NCBI GenBank assembly: GCA_049322655.1
Contig: JBMORP010000006.1
Span: 128,410-192,409, forward strand
Reading direction: 5' to 3'
DNA: 64,000 bases
Source of the DNA: Patescibacteria group bacterium
GTDB lineage: Bacteria > Patescibacteriota > Microgenomatia > UBA1400 > PJMF01
This document shows positions 9,706-18,784 of the stretch, piece by piece. Each line of letters opens with the position of its first letter. Position 1 is the stretch's first letter. The position numbers and the translations under genes are program-made. Below the pieces are notes generated by a model, which did no database searches, had not been told where the DNA came from, and saw only the letters and a program-made list of their open reading frames with translations.

Positions 9706-11340
9706 TCACTTTATTAAATCACAAAAAATATGATCTTCATCTCTAGAATTCTTGGGGTCAGGTCTATATTCTAAAGGTAAATTTTTTGCTAATGATCTAT
9801 CTCTACCTGAAAATCTAACTTGTTTATAACCAACCTTGATTGCAATTTCCTTTAAATATTGAGGGGTTAAAATGTTTTTGTGAACATAATCATCCCAAAT
9901 TCCAGTCCCAATACCATCATAACCGTCTTTAAATTTGGTTTGTCTGTTCTTTAATGAAGGAAAAAGGCTAGGAGTACTAATTCGATGAACTGATCCAGGC
10001 TTAAGAACTCTGTATACCTCAGCTAAAAGTAGGATTTGTTCTTTTTGATTCAAGTGCTCTATAAAATCTTCATGAAATACTACTTCTACAGAGCTACTTG
10101 GTAACGGGATTTTATGTTTGGTTACATCAAAGAGATAAAAATCTTTTCTAGTTCCCCTAATTTGAGCTGGATAAAATTTGTTGGTGTAGTATTTTAAGTA
10201 TTTTTGGTAATGTTCATACCTGATATCAAGATTTATCCAGTTTTTTAAAACTCTTGGACCAGAACCCAAATGTATTTTTTTAACTTTTGTATCTTTGGCT
10301 AATTTTTTTAATCTTTCGTAATCTTTTCTTTTATGATTCTTTTTTGTAAAGCTTAAATCAACAGTTTTTATGTCTTTGATATGTTTTTTTAAGAAATAAT
10401 AAATATCTATTAAGTAAAGTTTGACTAAAAAGTAAGGAACATACTTAAAAGTATCACTGTTTAAATATTTAAATTTGCTAAGTATTTTTTTAATATAAAA
10501 TTTTGTTCCGAGATCATCATTGTATTTTTTATAAATTTTAAAAAGATTTAAATAAAAATAATTGGCTAAGTTGTAGTTTATTTCTTTATTAAATTGACCA
10601 TTAAAATAATTATTTAATGTCTCACAGGTTTGAACTCCACCATCATCAAATATTTTTATTTCATCATTTTTATTATTTGGTTTTGAGATGCCATTATCAT
10701 GTCTCCTATACACTCCCATTACATCTTTAAAATATTTCATCTTCCCATATTTAGTAAAAATTATTTGCAATAACCAATCGGCACCACTAATATTTTGGGA
10801 AATTTTATAAAATTCTCTCAAGATTTGCTTGTTATTTTTAAAAACTAAAGAACACGTAGCCCCAGAGCTACCAAATTTTAAAAGATCATTAATAGTTGAG
10901 ATAGATCTATAATTTTTTCCAAGCCACTCAATGTATTTATTTTCATTTTGATAATAAACAAAGACGTTATGAGAAGTAATTGTAAAATCAGGATTTTTTT
11001 CTAAAAAATCTACCTGTTTTTGTAATTTTAGTGGGTCTGTCCAATAGTCATCACCTTCACAGTAAGCGATGTATTTACCAGTAGCTTTTTGTAAAATTAT
11101 TGGAGTAATTTTTTTGCCAAGTGAATATTGATTCTTTTTTTGAATAATTAATTTTATTATTTTTGGGTATTTTTTTTGAAAATTATTTATAATTCTTTGT
11201 GTTTTATCAGTAGAAGCATCATCATGAATGATTATTTCTATAGGAAAGTTAGTTTTTTGATTTAAAAATCCATTGATAGTCTTTTTTATATATTTTTCTT
11301 GATTGTATGTTATGCAGCAAATAGATAAAAGTGGTTTCAC
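9706..11340 (-). CDS. Bifunctional GT2 glycosyltransferase (N-terminal) plus SAM-dependent methyltransferase (C-terminal)
   Basis: N-terminal LSICCITYNQEKYIKKTINGFLNQ...IIIHDDASTDKT...YCEGDDYW; C-terminal IHLGSGPRVLKNWINLDI, resembling the motif I of the 7660-8310 methyltransferase. Confidence 0.65.
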   Translation of the reverse strand: MKPLLSICCITYNQEKYIKKTINGFLNQKTNFPIEIIIHDDASTDKTQRIINNFQKKYPKIIKLIIQKKNQYSLGKKITPIILQKATGKYIAYCEGDDYWTDPLKLQKQVDFLEKNPDFTITSHNVFVYYQNENKYIEWLGKNYRSISTINDLLKFGSSGATCSLVFKNNKQILREFYKISQNISGADWLLQIIFTKYGKMKYFKDVMGVYRRHDNGISKPNNKNDEIKIFDDGGVQTCETLNNYFNGQFNKEINYNLANYFYLNLFKIYKKYNDDLGTKFYIKKILSKFKYLNSDTFKYVPYFLVKLYLIDIYYFLKKHIKDIKTVDLSFTKKNHKRKDYERLKKLAKDTKVKKIHLGSGPRVLKNWINLDIRYEHYQKYLKYYTNKFYPAQIRGTRKDFYLFDVTKHKIPLPSSSVEVVFHEDFIEHLNQKEQILLLAEVYRVLKPGSVHRISTPSLFPSLKNRQTKFKDGYDGIGTGIWDDYVHKNILTPQYLKEIAIKVGYKQVRFSGRDRSLAKNLPLEYRPDPKNSRDEDHIFCDLIK

Positions 11341-12176
11341 ATCAAACTTTCAGCGAAAATAATTGGGCGTCTAAAAAATTCACTATTATTTTTTATATTT
11401 ATATCCTCTAGAAAATTAGTTAGAAGTTTTTCTGAATTATTATCTAAAAGATCAACTAATATTTTTTTATTAATCTCTTGATAAACAAAATGATCTTTTT
11501 TTCTATGTGGATATATTATTTTTAATATTTTATAACTTTCGTTATTAAATAATTTGATTAAATATTTAATTTTTTCAATATCTTTTTCTAAAGAAATTAT
11601 TGGTTTTTGTTTGTTACCTCCCCAGTTAAAACCCATTTGGAAAATCAAGTATTTAGTTCTCGTTGCCATTTTTTTTAAATACTTACTAATATAAAGATTA
11701 AAATCATCAAGATTACTTATTTTATCTTGAGAAAAATCAACTCCGGCATGATGCAAAACATTAAATAATAAAATTAGATCAGTTTTTTTTAATTTATTAA
11801 TATTATTAAGAACTACTGACTCTTTATTTAAAGATAGATTGCTGATTTTAAAACAGTCTTTTATTAATTCCATAAATTGGCAATGAATTTCATTTTGTTC
11901 TATGGCTGTTATTTTTTTATTTGTAAAATCATGTGCTAATGATAAAGAAAAAAATCCACTATTAGCTCCAATATCTGCAATACTATCAATATGGTATTTA
12001 TTTAATATTTTTTTTAAAAAAGCGTATCTTGATAAATCGTCTCTCCACAAATGATCTAGCACTTCATTATAATCAAGTTCACCTTTTAAAAAGTCAGGAA
12101 TACTCTGATATCTGTAATGTTTTGAATTTTTGTTATAAAGATTCTTTAACTTATTTTTTAACGATTCTTTTTTCAT
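11337..12176 (-). CDS. SAM-dependent methyltransferase (FkbM-like)
   Basis: IADIGANSGFFSLSLA motif I in the FkbM-family style; 279 aa. Confidence 0.45.
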   Translation of the reverse strand: MKKESLKNKLKNLYNKNSKHYRYQSIPDFLKGELDYNEVLDHLWRDDLSRYAFLKKILNKYHIDSIADIGANSGFFSLSLAHDFTNKKITAIEQNEIHCQFMELIKDCFKISNLSLNKESVVLNNINKLKKTDLILLFNVLHHAGVDFSQDKISNLDDFNLYISKYLKKMATRTKYLIFQMGFNWGGNKQKPIISLEKDIEKIKYLIKLFNNESYKILKIIYPHRKKDHFVYQEINKKILVDLLDNNSEKLLTNFLEDINIKNNSEFFRRPIIFAESLM

Positions 12177-13264
12177 ATTCCAAGCTCCTTCATAAAAACT
12201 CTAATTGTATCTAACTTAAAATAGACATCATAAAAGAAGTGTTTGAGTAAAAAAACGATTAAATATCTTGGCTTTTTTATATACCAAGTAATTTCTTTAT
12301 TATTTTTAATATTCTCTATAAAGCCACCCAACCATAAATAAGTTGTTTTTTCTGTTTTGTTGTTTTTAATTTTTATATTTATATTATCCTCAATAAATTT
12401 AGTTAGAATTTCATCCTGTGTCTCTGCAATCAAATTCATTGGGCCCCATAGTCTCGGATTTGCTTCAATAAAGAAGAATTTATTTTTTATTTGCTTTACT
12501 TCAATCATTATCAATCCATGAAATTTTAAATCTTTTAAAATTCTTTCAAATTTGTAACTGATTGTTTTAAAGTGAAGATTAGATTTTTTAGCAAAAATTA
12601 TAGACTTTCCATTATATTGCTGAGCCAAATTTTTTTGTGATGACTTAAAAATTATTCCGTTCTTACTGATATAGTATAGAAGGTAATAACTTTGTCCATT
12701 AATATATTCTTGGTAAAAAAAGTCTCTTTGATCTTCTTTTAACAAAAAATTAGCTTTTTCTTGATTGTTAAATATTAAATATGGATATTTAGTCTCTTTT
12801 TTTATATTTACAATTGGTTTGGCAACAAATGGGTAATCTAGTTTAAATAGTTTTTTAAATTCTTTTGGAATTAAAATATCATTTTTCTTTAAATAATTGG
12901 CAAAAGATTTTTTATTACTTACTTTTAAATATAAACTTTTATTGACTAATGGAACTAAAATCTTATTTTTTAAAAGTATCAAATTGTTTTTCAATAAAAA
13001 TTGATTTAAAAATTCTGAGGTTGGTAATATAACTACATTATCAAAATTTATTTTTTTTCTGATAGTTATTATTTCTTTGGCACTCAGACTATCACTTTTT
13101 CTAGTAAAAATTACATTTTTTTTATATTTAGTTAGAAATACAAGATCAGTTTTACTTTTAGCAATAATAAAAAAATTGACATTATATTTTGAAAAAAGTC
13201 TGCAAATTACAATAATGGCTCTAAAGTTATAGTCAGAAAATATTAAAAAAGAAGTTTTTTTCAT
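12173..13264 (-). CDS. ATP-grasp domain enzyme (carboxylate-amine ligase candidate)
   Basis: C-terminal FFFIEANPRLWGP, the E-x-N-P-R signature of ATP-grasp folds; central YPFVAKP...; 363 aa. Confidence 0.5.
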   Translation of the reverse strand: MKKTSFLIFSDYNFRAIIVICRLFSKYNVNFFIIAKSKTDLVFLTKYKKNVIFTRKSDSLSAKEIITIRKKINFDNVVILPTSEFLNQFLLKNNLILLKNKILVPLVNKSLYLKVSNKKSFANYLKKNDILIPKEFKKLFKLDYPFVAKPIVNIKKETKYPYLIFNNQEKANFLLKEDQRDFFYQEYINGQSYYLLYYISKNGIIFKSSQKNLAQQYNGKSIIFAKKSNLHFKTISYKFERILKDLKFHGLIMIEVKQIKNKFFFIEANPRLWGPMNLIAETQDEILTKFIEDNINIKIKNNKTEKTTYLWLGGFIENIKNNKEITWYIKKPRYLIVFLLKHFFYDVYFKLDTIRVFMKELGI

Positions 13265-13266
13265 TT

Positions 13267-14346
13267 TTAGTAAATTTCATTAACTATACTTTTTATTTCT
13301 TCATTTGAAATATCATGAAAAAGAGGTAGACATACAATTCTACAGGAAATATTCTCTGATATGGGCATTTTTTGATTTTTAATATATGGCAATTCTGAGA
13401 GTGAAGGATAAAAATATCTTCGTGGGTAAATATTTTTTTTATTTAGTCTTTCAATGACTTCCAAAAGTTTTTTTTCAGAATTAAAAATAATTGGATAATA
13501 GGAATAGTTTGTTTTACAATTTTTATCAACTAATATCTTAGAAATAAAGCTTTTATTGGCTAGTAATTTATCATACAGTTTAGAAGCTTTTTTTCTTCGA
13601 GAGATTAATTTTTTAACATATTTTAAATTAATCAAACCCATTGCTGAGTGAAATTCAGAAATTTTACCATTGATACCAACACCCCAATAATCATATTGGC
13701 CATTATGACCAAAGTTTCTCATATATTCTATTTTATGAGCTAACTTCTTATCATTTGTAATGATTACTCCACCCTCTACAGTATGAAAAACTTTAGTAGC
13801 GTGAAAACTAATAATAGAAATATCTCCATAACTGGCTAGGCTTTTTTCGTAATATTTTGACCCAAATGTATGAGCAGCATCATAAATAACTTCAAGATTA
13901 TATTTTTTAGCAATCTTTTTTATGACTTCAACATTGGTGGGATAGCCAAAAATATGAGTAGCTAAAATAGCTCTGGTTTTTTTAGTAATTTTTTGTTCTA
14001 TTTCTTTTGGATCAATCATCAAAGTTTGTGGGTCTATATCTGCAAAAATTGGTTTGTATCCTTCCCAAACAATTGCTGAAGTAGTCGCTACATAAGAAAA
14101 AGGAGTGGTAATTATTTCATCACGTTTATCTTTTTCTAAAGATTTAATAGCTATCTGTAGAGCAGTGGTTCCATTGTTAACTAGGAATAAATACTTTACA
14201 CCTAAAAACTTTTTAAGTTTTTCTTCTAAATTTCTAGTTAATTTACCGTTGTTTGTTAACCAGCCACTAGACCAGATTTTTTCTAAATATTCAAAATATT
14301 CTTTTTTATTTGGTAGAAAACTTTTAGTTACATTAATTATTTTCAT
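13267..14346 (-). CDS. DegT/DnrJ/EryC1/StrS-family PLP-dependent sugar aminotransferase
   Basis: FLVNNGTTALQIAIKSL, ILATHIFGYP, SFHATKVFHTVEGG (PLP Lys region); 359 aa. Confidence 0.85.
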   Translation of the reverse strand: MKIINVTKSFLPNKKEYFEYLEKIWSSGWLTNNGKLTRNLEEKLKKFLGVKYLFLVNNGTTALQIAIKSLEKDKRDEIITTPFSYVATTSAIVWEGYKPIFADIDPQTLMIDPKEIEQKITKKTRAILATHIFGYPTNVEVIKKIAKKYNLEVIYDAAHTFGSKYYEKSLASYGDISIISFHATKVFHTVEGGVIITNDKKLAHKIEYMRNFGHNGQYDYWGVGINGKISEFHSAMGLINLKYVKKLISRRKKASKLYDKLLANKSFISKILVDKNCKTNYSYYPIIFNSEKKLLEVIERLNKKNIYPRRYFYPSLSELPYIKNQKMPISENISCRIVCLPLFHDISNEEIKSIVNEIY

Positions 14347-15539
14347 TGAGTTCTTTTGTTCTCACTAAGTATGTTTATTATTCCAATATTTATTTTTTTA
14401 TTTTTGTTAGACCATTTTGGAATAATCTTAAATTTACTAAGTCTTTCTCCATAGAACCAGTCTTTAGAGTCATCTTGGTAACCTCCAATGTAAATATAGT
14501 AATCATCTGGTCTTAATAAATTTTCTTTTATTATAAATTCAGATACAAACTCTCCTTTTTTAATTGTTTCTGGTTTACTAGTATCTTGAATAGAAAAAAT
14601 TCTACAATCTTGATTGTAAATTGATAGGGTAATTCTAATATTTTCAATTTTTTCTTTAACTTTTCCAAATACTTTGATTTTTAATTCTTCACTTGGATTA
14701 ATAGTTGCACCATTAGTTAATCCATTTATTCTTACTTTATTAATACTTACCTTTTTGGCTAAAGGGCCAAAAAATTCACTTTCGTTAAAAGAAGTATTAT
14801 TTAGATATTTAGCTATTACTGTATTTGTTTTTCCAATTTGTAAAATGTTTCCTTCTTTTAAAAAGATTGTTTTTTCACAAAGAGTGTTAATAGAACCCAT
14901 GTCGTGACTAACAAAAATAACTGTTTTCCCAGATTTAGCTAGATCATTCATTTTACCTAAGCACTTTTTTTGAAACTCAGCATCACCTACAGCTAGTACT
15001 TCATCTACTAGTAAAATATCAGCATCTAAGTGAGCAGCCACAGCAAAAGCTAAGCGAACATACATACCAGAGGAATATCTTTTAACAGGTGTATCTAAAA
15101 ATTTTTCTATTCCAGAAAACTTTACAATTTCATTAAACTTACTTTGAATTTCTTGTTTACCCATGCCCAAAATAGCACCATTAAGATAGATATTTTCTCG
15201 GCCGGTTAATTCTGGGTTAAAACCGGTACCAACCTCTAAAAGTGAAGCAATTTTGCCTTTCATAGTAATTTTGCCTTCAGTTGGTTCAACAATTCTAGAA
15301 AGAATTTTAAGTAATGTAGATTTGCCGGCTCCATTACGGCCAATAATTCCTACTACTTCTCCTTTTTTAATTTCAAAACTAACATTCTTTAATGCCCAGA
15401 ATTCTTCACTATTTTGCTTTTTAAATATTTTTTCTGGTAACTTCATTAGTTGGTCACGAAGTGTCACATAGGTATCTTGCTTACCTATTTTGTATTTTTT
15501 ACTTAAATTCTCAACTTTAATAACAACGTCTTTTTTCAT
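14343..15539 (-). CDS. wzt: ABC transporter ATP-binding protein, Wzt/TagH-like, with a C-terminal extension of about 150 aa (candidate glycan-binding domain)
   Basis: Walker A GIIGRNGAGKSTLLKIL, signature YSSGMYVRLAFAVA, Walker B ILLVDEVLAVGD; extra C-terminal beta-rich domain after about residue 250. Confidence 0.85.
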   Translation of the reverse strand: MKKDVVIKVENLSKKYKIGKQDTYVTLRDQLMKLPEKIFKKQNSEEFWALKNVSFEIKKGEVVGIIGRNGAGKSTLLKILSRIVEPTEGKITMKGKIASLLEVGTGFNPELTGRENIYLNGAILGMGKQEIQSKFNEIVKFSGIEKFLDTPVKRYSSGMYVRLAFAVAAHLDADILLVDEVLAVGDAEFQKKCLGKMNDLAKSGKTVIFVSHDMGSINTLCEKTIFLKEGNILQIGKTNTVIAKYLNNTSFNESEFFGPLAKKVSINKVRINGLTNGATINPSEELKIKVFGKVKEKIENIRITLSIYNQDCRIFSIQDTSKPETIKKGEFVSEFIIKENLLRPDDYYIYIGGYQDDSKDWFYGERLSKFKIIPKWSNKNKKINIGIINILSENKRTQ

Positions 15540-16361
15540 TTAAATAATATCCGTAAAGTATTTTTCCACTGATTTAAAATAAAACGCTCCAGAAACAAAA
15601 ATAAGAGTACTGGTTAGTAAAGCTATGGTTAAAGCAGTCCAGTTGAAGTTATTTAAGCCTAAAATTAGGCTTCTATGAGCTTCAATAAAACCAGTCATTG
15701 GGTTCAAATATAGTAAACTTTTAAACCTAGGCGCAATCGAAACTGGATAAATCACTGGAGTAAAAAACAACATCAGCTGAATAAAAAATGGAACTGCATA
15801 ACGAACATCTCTGTACTTAACATTAATTGCAGATAACCATAGACCTATTCCAGAAGCTAAAAACCAGGTTGTTATTGCTAACAACGGAATAGTGAAAATA
15901 AAAACAGACGGTACTATTTTAAAATAAATCAATAAAACTACTAATAACAAAGCTGAGATTAAATAGTCTACTAATCCGGTCATAGTTGAGGCTAAGGGAA
16001 TAATAATTCTTGGAAAATAAACTTTAGTAATTAAGTTAGTACTACCAATTAAACTGCTACTAGCTGCTGAAATGGCAGATGTAAAATACATCCATAAAAT
16101 TAGGCCTGAGTAAGAAAAGATTGGATATGGAACTCCATCAGAAGCTACATTCATGATGGTGCCAAAGAAAAATGAAAAGACTACCATTGTGGTAAATGGT
16201 TGAAGAATAGCCCACAGACCACCAATTAGGGTTTGTTTATATCTAACCTTGATATCTCTCACCACAAACGTCCAAAATAGCTCTCGATATTCCCAAATCT
16301 CCTGCCAATCAATAAATTGAAATCTGCCCTTTGGCTTGATAATGGTTATTTTTTCACTCAT
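15540..16361 (-). CDS. wzm: ABC-2 type polysaccharide exporter permease (Wzm/TagG-like)
   Basis: 273 aa with six predicted TM helices and the ABC-2 layout; immediately downstream of the Wzt-like ATPase. Confidence 0.8.
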   Translation of the reverse strand: MSEKITIIKPKGRFQFIDWQEIWEYRELFWTFVVRDIKVRYKQTLIGGLWAILQPFTTMVVFSFFFGTIMNVASDGVPYPIFSYSGLILWMYFTSAISAASSSLIGSTNLITKVYFPRIIIPLASTMTGLVDYLISALLLVVLLIYFKIVPSVFIFTIPLLAITTWFLASGIGLWLSAINVKYRDVRYAVPFFIQLMLFFTPVIYPVSIAPRFKSLLYLNPMTGFIEAHRSLILGLNNFNWTALTIALLTSTLIFVSGAFYFKSVEKYFTDII

Positions 16362-16362
16362 T

Positions 16363-17298
16363 TTATTTATTATCTTGATACCATTCCACGGTTTTCTTTA
16401 AGCCTTCCTCAAAAGAAACCTTGGATTCAAAGCCAAATTCTTTTTTTGCTCTGGAAACATCTAGTTTTCTGCGTGGTTGACCATCTGGTTTATCTGCATT
16501 AAACATCACTTTGCCTTTGTAACCCACCACTTTTTTGATAGTTTGAGCTAGCTCTTTGATAGAAATCTCAAAACTAGAACCCAAGTTAACTGGCTCGCTA
16601 CTATTATAACTTTCTGTGGCCAAAACAATGGCTCTGGCAGCGTCTTCAACATATAAGAACTCACGAGTGGGTTTACCAGTTCCCCAGATTTCAACATTTG
16701 GTTTATTTTTTTCTTTAGCATCAACAAATTTTTTAATCAAAGCCGGAATCACGTGAGAGGATTTTGGATCAAAATTATCAGCAGGACCATACAAATTGAC
16801 TGGCAATAAGTAAATAGCATTAAAATTATATTGTTGGCGATATGCTTGAGCTTGAACTAACAACATCTTTTTTGCCAAACCATAGGGAGCATTAGTCTCC
16901 TCTGGATAGCCATTCCATAAATTTTCTTCTTTAAATGGCACTGGAGTAAACTTGGGATAAGCACAAATCGTCCCAATGCCGACAAACTTCTTAACCTTGG
17001 CTTTTCTCGCTTCTTCCATTAGGTGAATACCCATCATTAGATTGTCATAAAACAAAGTCCCAGGAAATTCTTGGTTGTAGCCAATTCCACCAACATTGGC
17101 AGCTAGGTGAATCACGATATCTACATTTTTGACTAATTTGGCGCAATCAGCTTTTTCACGCAAATCATAATCTTTAGACCGAGGAATAATGATTTTTTTG
17201 GGATTTAGAGTTTTAAGTAACTGAACCAAATGAGATCCAAGAAATCCGGCTCCACCTGTCACTAGAATAGTTTTATTTTTCCAAAAAGATTTTTTCAT
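16363..17298 (-). CDS. fcl: GDP-L-fucose synthase (GDP-4-keto-6-deoxy-D-mannose 3,5-epimerase/4-reductase)
   Basis: ILVTGGAGFLGSHL, HLAANVGGI, CAYPKF, NAPYGLAKK (YxxxK), LPVNLYGPADNF, SHVIPAL, as in GMER/WcaG. Confidence 0.85.
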   Translation of the reverse strand: MKKSFWKNKTILVTGGAGFLGSHLVQLLKTLNPKKIIIPRSKDYDLREKADCAKLVKNVDIVIHLAANVGGIGYNQEFPGTLFYDNLMMGIHLMEEARKAKVKKFVGIGTICAYPKFTPVPFKEENLWNGYPEETNAPYGLAKKMLLVQAQAYRQQYNFNAIYLLPVNLYGPADNFDPKSSHVIPALIKKFVDAKEKNKPNVEIWGTGKPTREFLYVEDAARAIVLATESYNSSEPVNLGSSFEISIKELAQTIKKVVGYKGKVMFNADKPDGQPRRKLDVSRAKKEFGFESKVSFEEGLKKTVEWYQDNK

Positions 17299-17323
17299 AC
17301 CTTATGTTTATACCTTATTATAA

Positions 17324-18784
17324 CTAAAAATTCTTGGTCACTTTAGGAGATAAATAACCATTTATTTGATCAAATTCTATAAGAATTTTTTGACCAGCTT
17401 CAGTTTCATAATCTGATCTAATAATATCACTGAAGTTAAATATTTCTCCTTTTCCAACTGAGTTTTTATTCTTACTGAAAATATTTACCTGTCTATCACC
17501 CAACTTAGAGGAAAAATATCCCAGTTCGACTACTTTCTCTTGATCATCATGATCAATAAAAATAGTAGCTCCGGTTGGTAGATCATGATATAAAAAATTA
17601 TTTAGACGACCAATTTCTTGATATGTTTGATAGTGAAATTGTTGATATGAAACACCCCTCTTAATAACTCCAACCCAATTTAACCCTCTTTTTTGGAAAA
17701 ATCCAATAAACAAAAAAAATAACAAAAGTGATGAGAAAAAAACCTGTTTTTTGATTTTTCTAAATAATTCTTTATTCCAAAAGCTAATTTCAATAAAAAT
17801 AAACATGAATCCAAAGAAAAGAGGAAGATAATGATATCTCTCAAGCTGATATTCCCAGCTAAAAACAAATAAAAGTGATTCTATAAATCCAATTAATATA
17901 ACAAATAACCATAAATTCCTAATTAAAAACCTCTTTATATTTTTAAAACTAAACTCTTTTATCAGCCTAATACATGAAATAAAACCTATTCCCAATAAAG
18001 GCAGATAAAACTCCGCAAATTCCAGCCTTGTAACTAGTAAACTATGCCAAATTCGATTAGGCGCAAAACTCATTGAAGAAGAATATCCCTTAAATTTTGG
18101 CATTAATAAGTAAAAAATAAGGCCCTGTAAAAACAAGGTAAAAAATAATAATATCAGTCTTTTTTTGTTTCTAAATTTTTGAAATAAATGGGTAAATATA
18201 AAGAATCCGAGCATTGGAAAAATCAATAAAGTGGTTTCTTTTGTACCTAGAGAAAACATTAAAAGAATATTTCCAATCAAGAAATCTTTGATGTTTAATT
18301 TATCTATCCTTATTTTCCTTAACCACACTAAAAACCAGATTATTCCCAATACCTGCCTTGGTTCTGCTGTTCCCAGTCTGTAAAAATTATCAATAGTTGC
18401 AGGGACAATCAAAAAAACAAGCAACCCAGATTTTAAAAGATTTTTATTAATATTTTCAAAACTAGTTATAAATGTCCAAATACCAATCAGGGTTAGTGAA
18501 AGAACAATTGCTTGACCAAACCAAAAAATAAAAGGGTTAACTCCACCAAGTAAATAAAGAGCCACAAAATACAATTGATAAAAAGGCCTCGTCCTTCCTA
18601 AATGACTTTCAAATAAAATGCTTTGCCAATTCTTTCCCTCTATAAAGTTTTTTGCATTCAGCAAACTTTGGCCATCATCTATATAGGAAAAATTAGGATT
18701 TACTATGTTTGGAGATAAATAAACAAAAGAAATCAATATTAACCAAAAGAAGGGTTTTTTAATAAGTTTTTTGATAAATATCAT
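17324..18784 (-). CDS. Polytopic membrane protein, probable GT-C fold glycosyltransferase
   Basis: More than 10 predicted TM helices; first extracytoplasmic loop SYIDDGQSLLNAKNF...HLGRTRPFY resembles the DD/DE loop of GT-C enzymes. Confidence 0.35.
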   Translation of the reverse strand: MIFIKKLIKKPFFWLILISFVYLSPNIVNPNFSYIDDGQSLLNAKNFIEGKNWQSILFESHLGRTRPFYQLYFVALYLLGGVNPFIFWFGQAIVLSLTLIGIWTFITSFENINKNLLKSGLLVFLIVPATIDNFYRLGTAEPRQVLGIIWFLVWLRKIRIDKLNIKDFLIGNILLMFSLGTKETTLLIFPMLGFFIFTHLFQKFRNKKRLILLFFTLFLQGLIFYLLMPKFKGYSSSMSFAPNRIWHSLLVTRLEFAEFYLPLLGIGFISCIRLIKEFSFKNIKRFLIRNLWLFVILIGFIESLLFVFSWEYQLERYHYLPLFFGFMFIFIEISFWNKELFRKIKKQVFFSSLLLFFLFIGFFQKRGLNWVGVIKRGVSYQQFHYQTYQEIGRLNNFLYHDLPTGATIFIDHDDQEKVVELGYFSSKLGDRQVNIFSKNKNSVGKGEIFNFSDIIRSDYETEAGQKILIEFDQINGYLSPKVTKNF

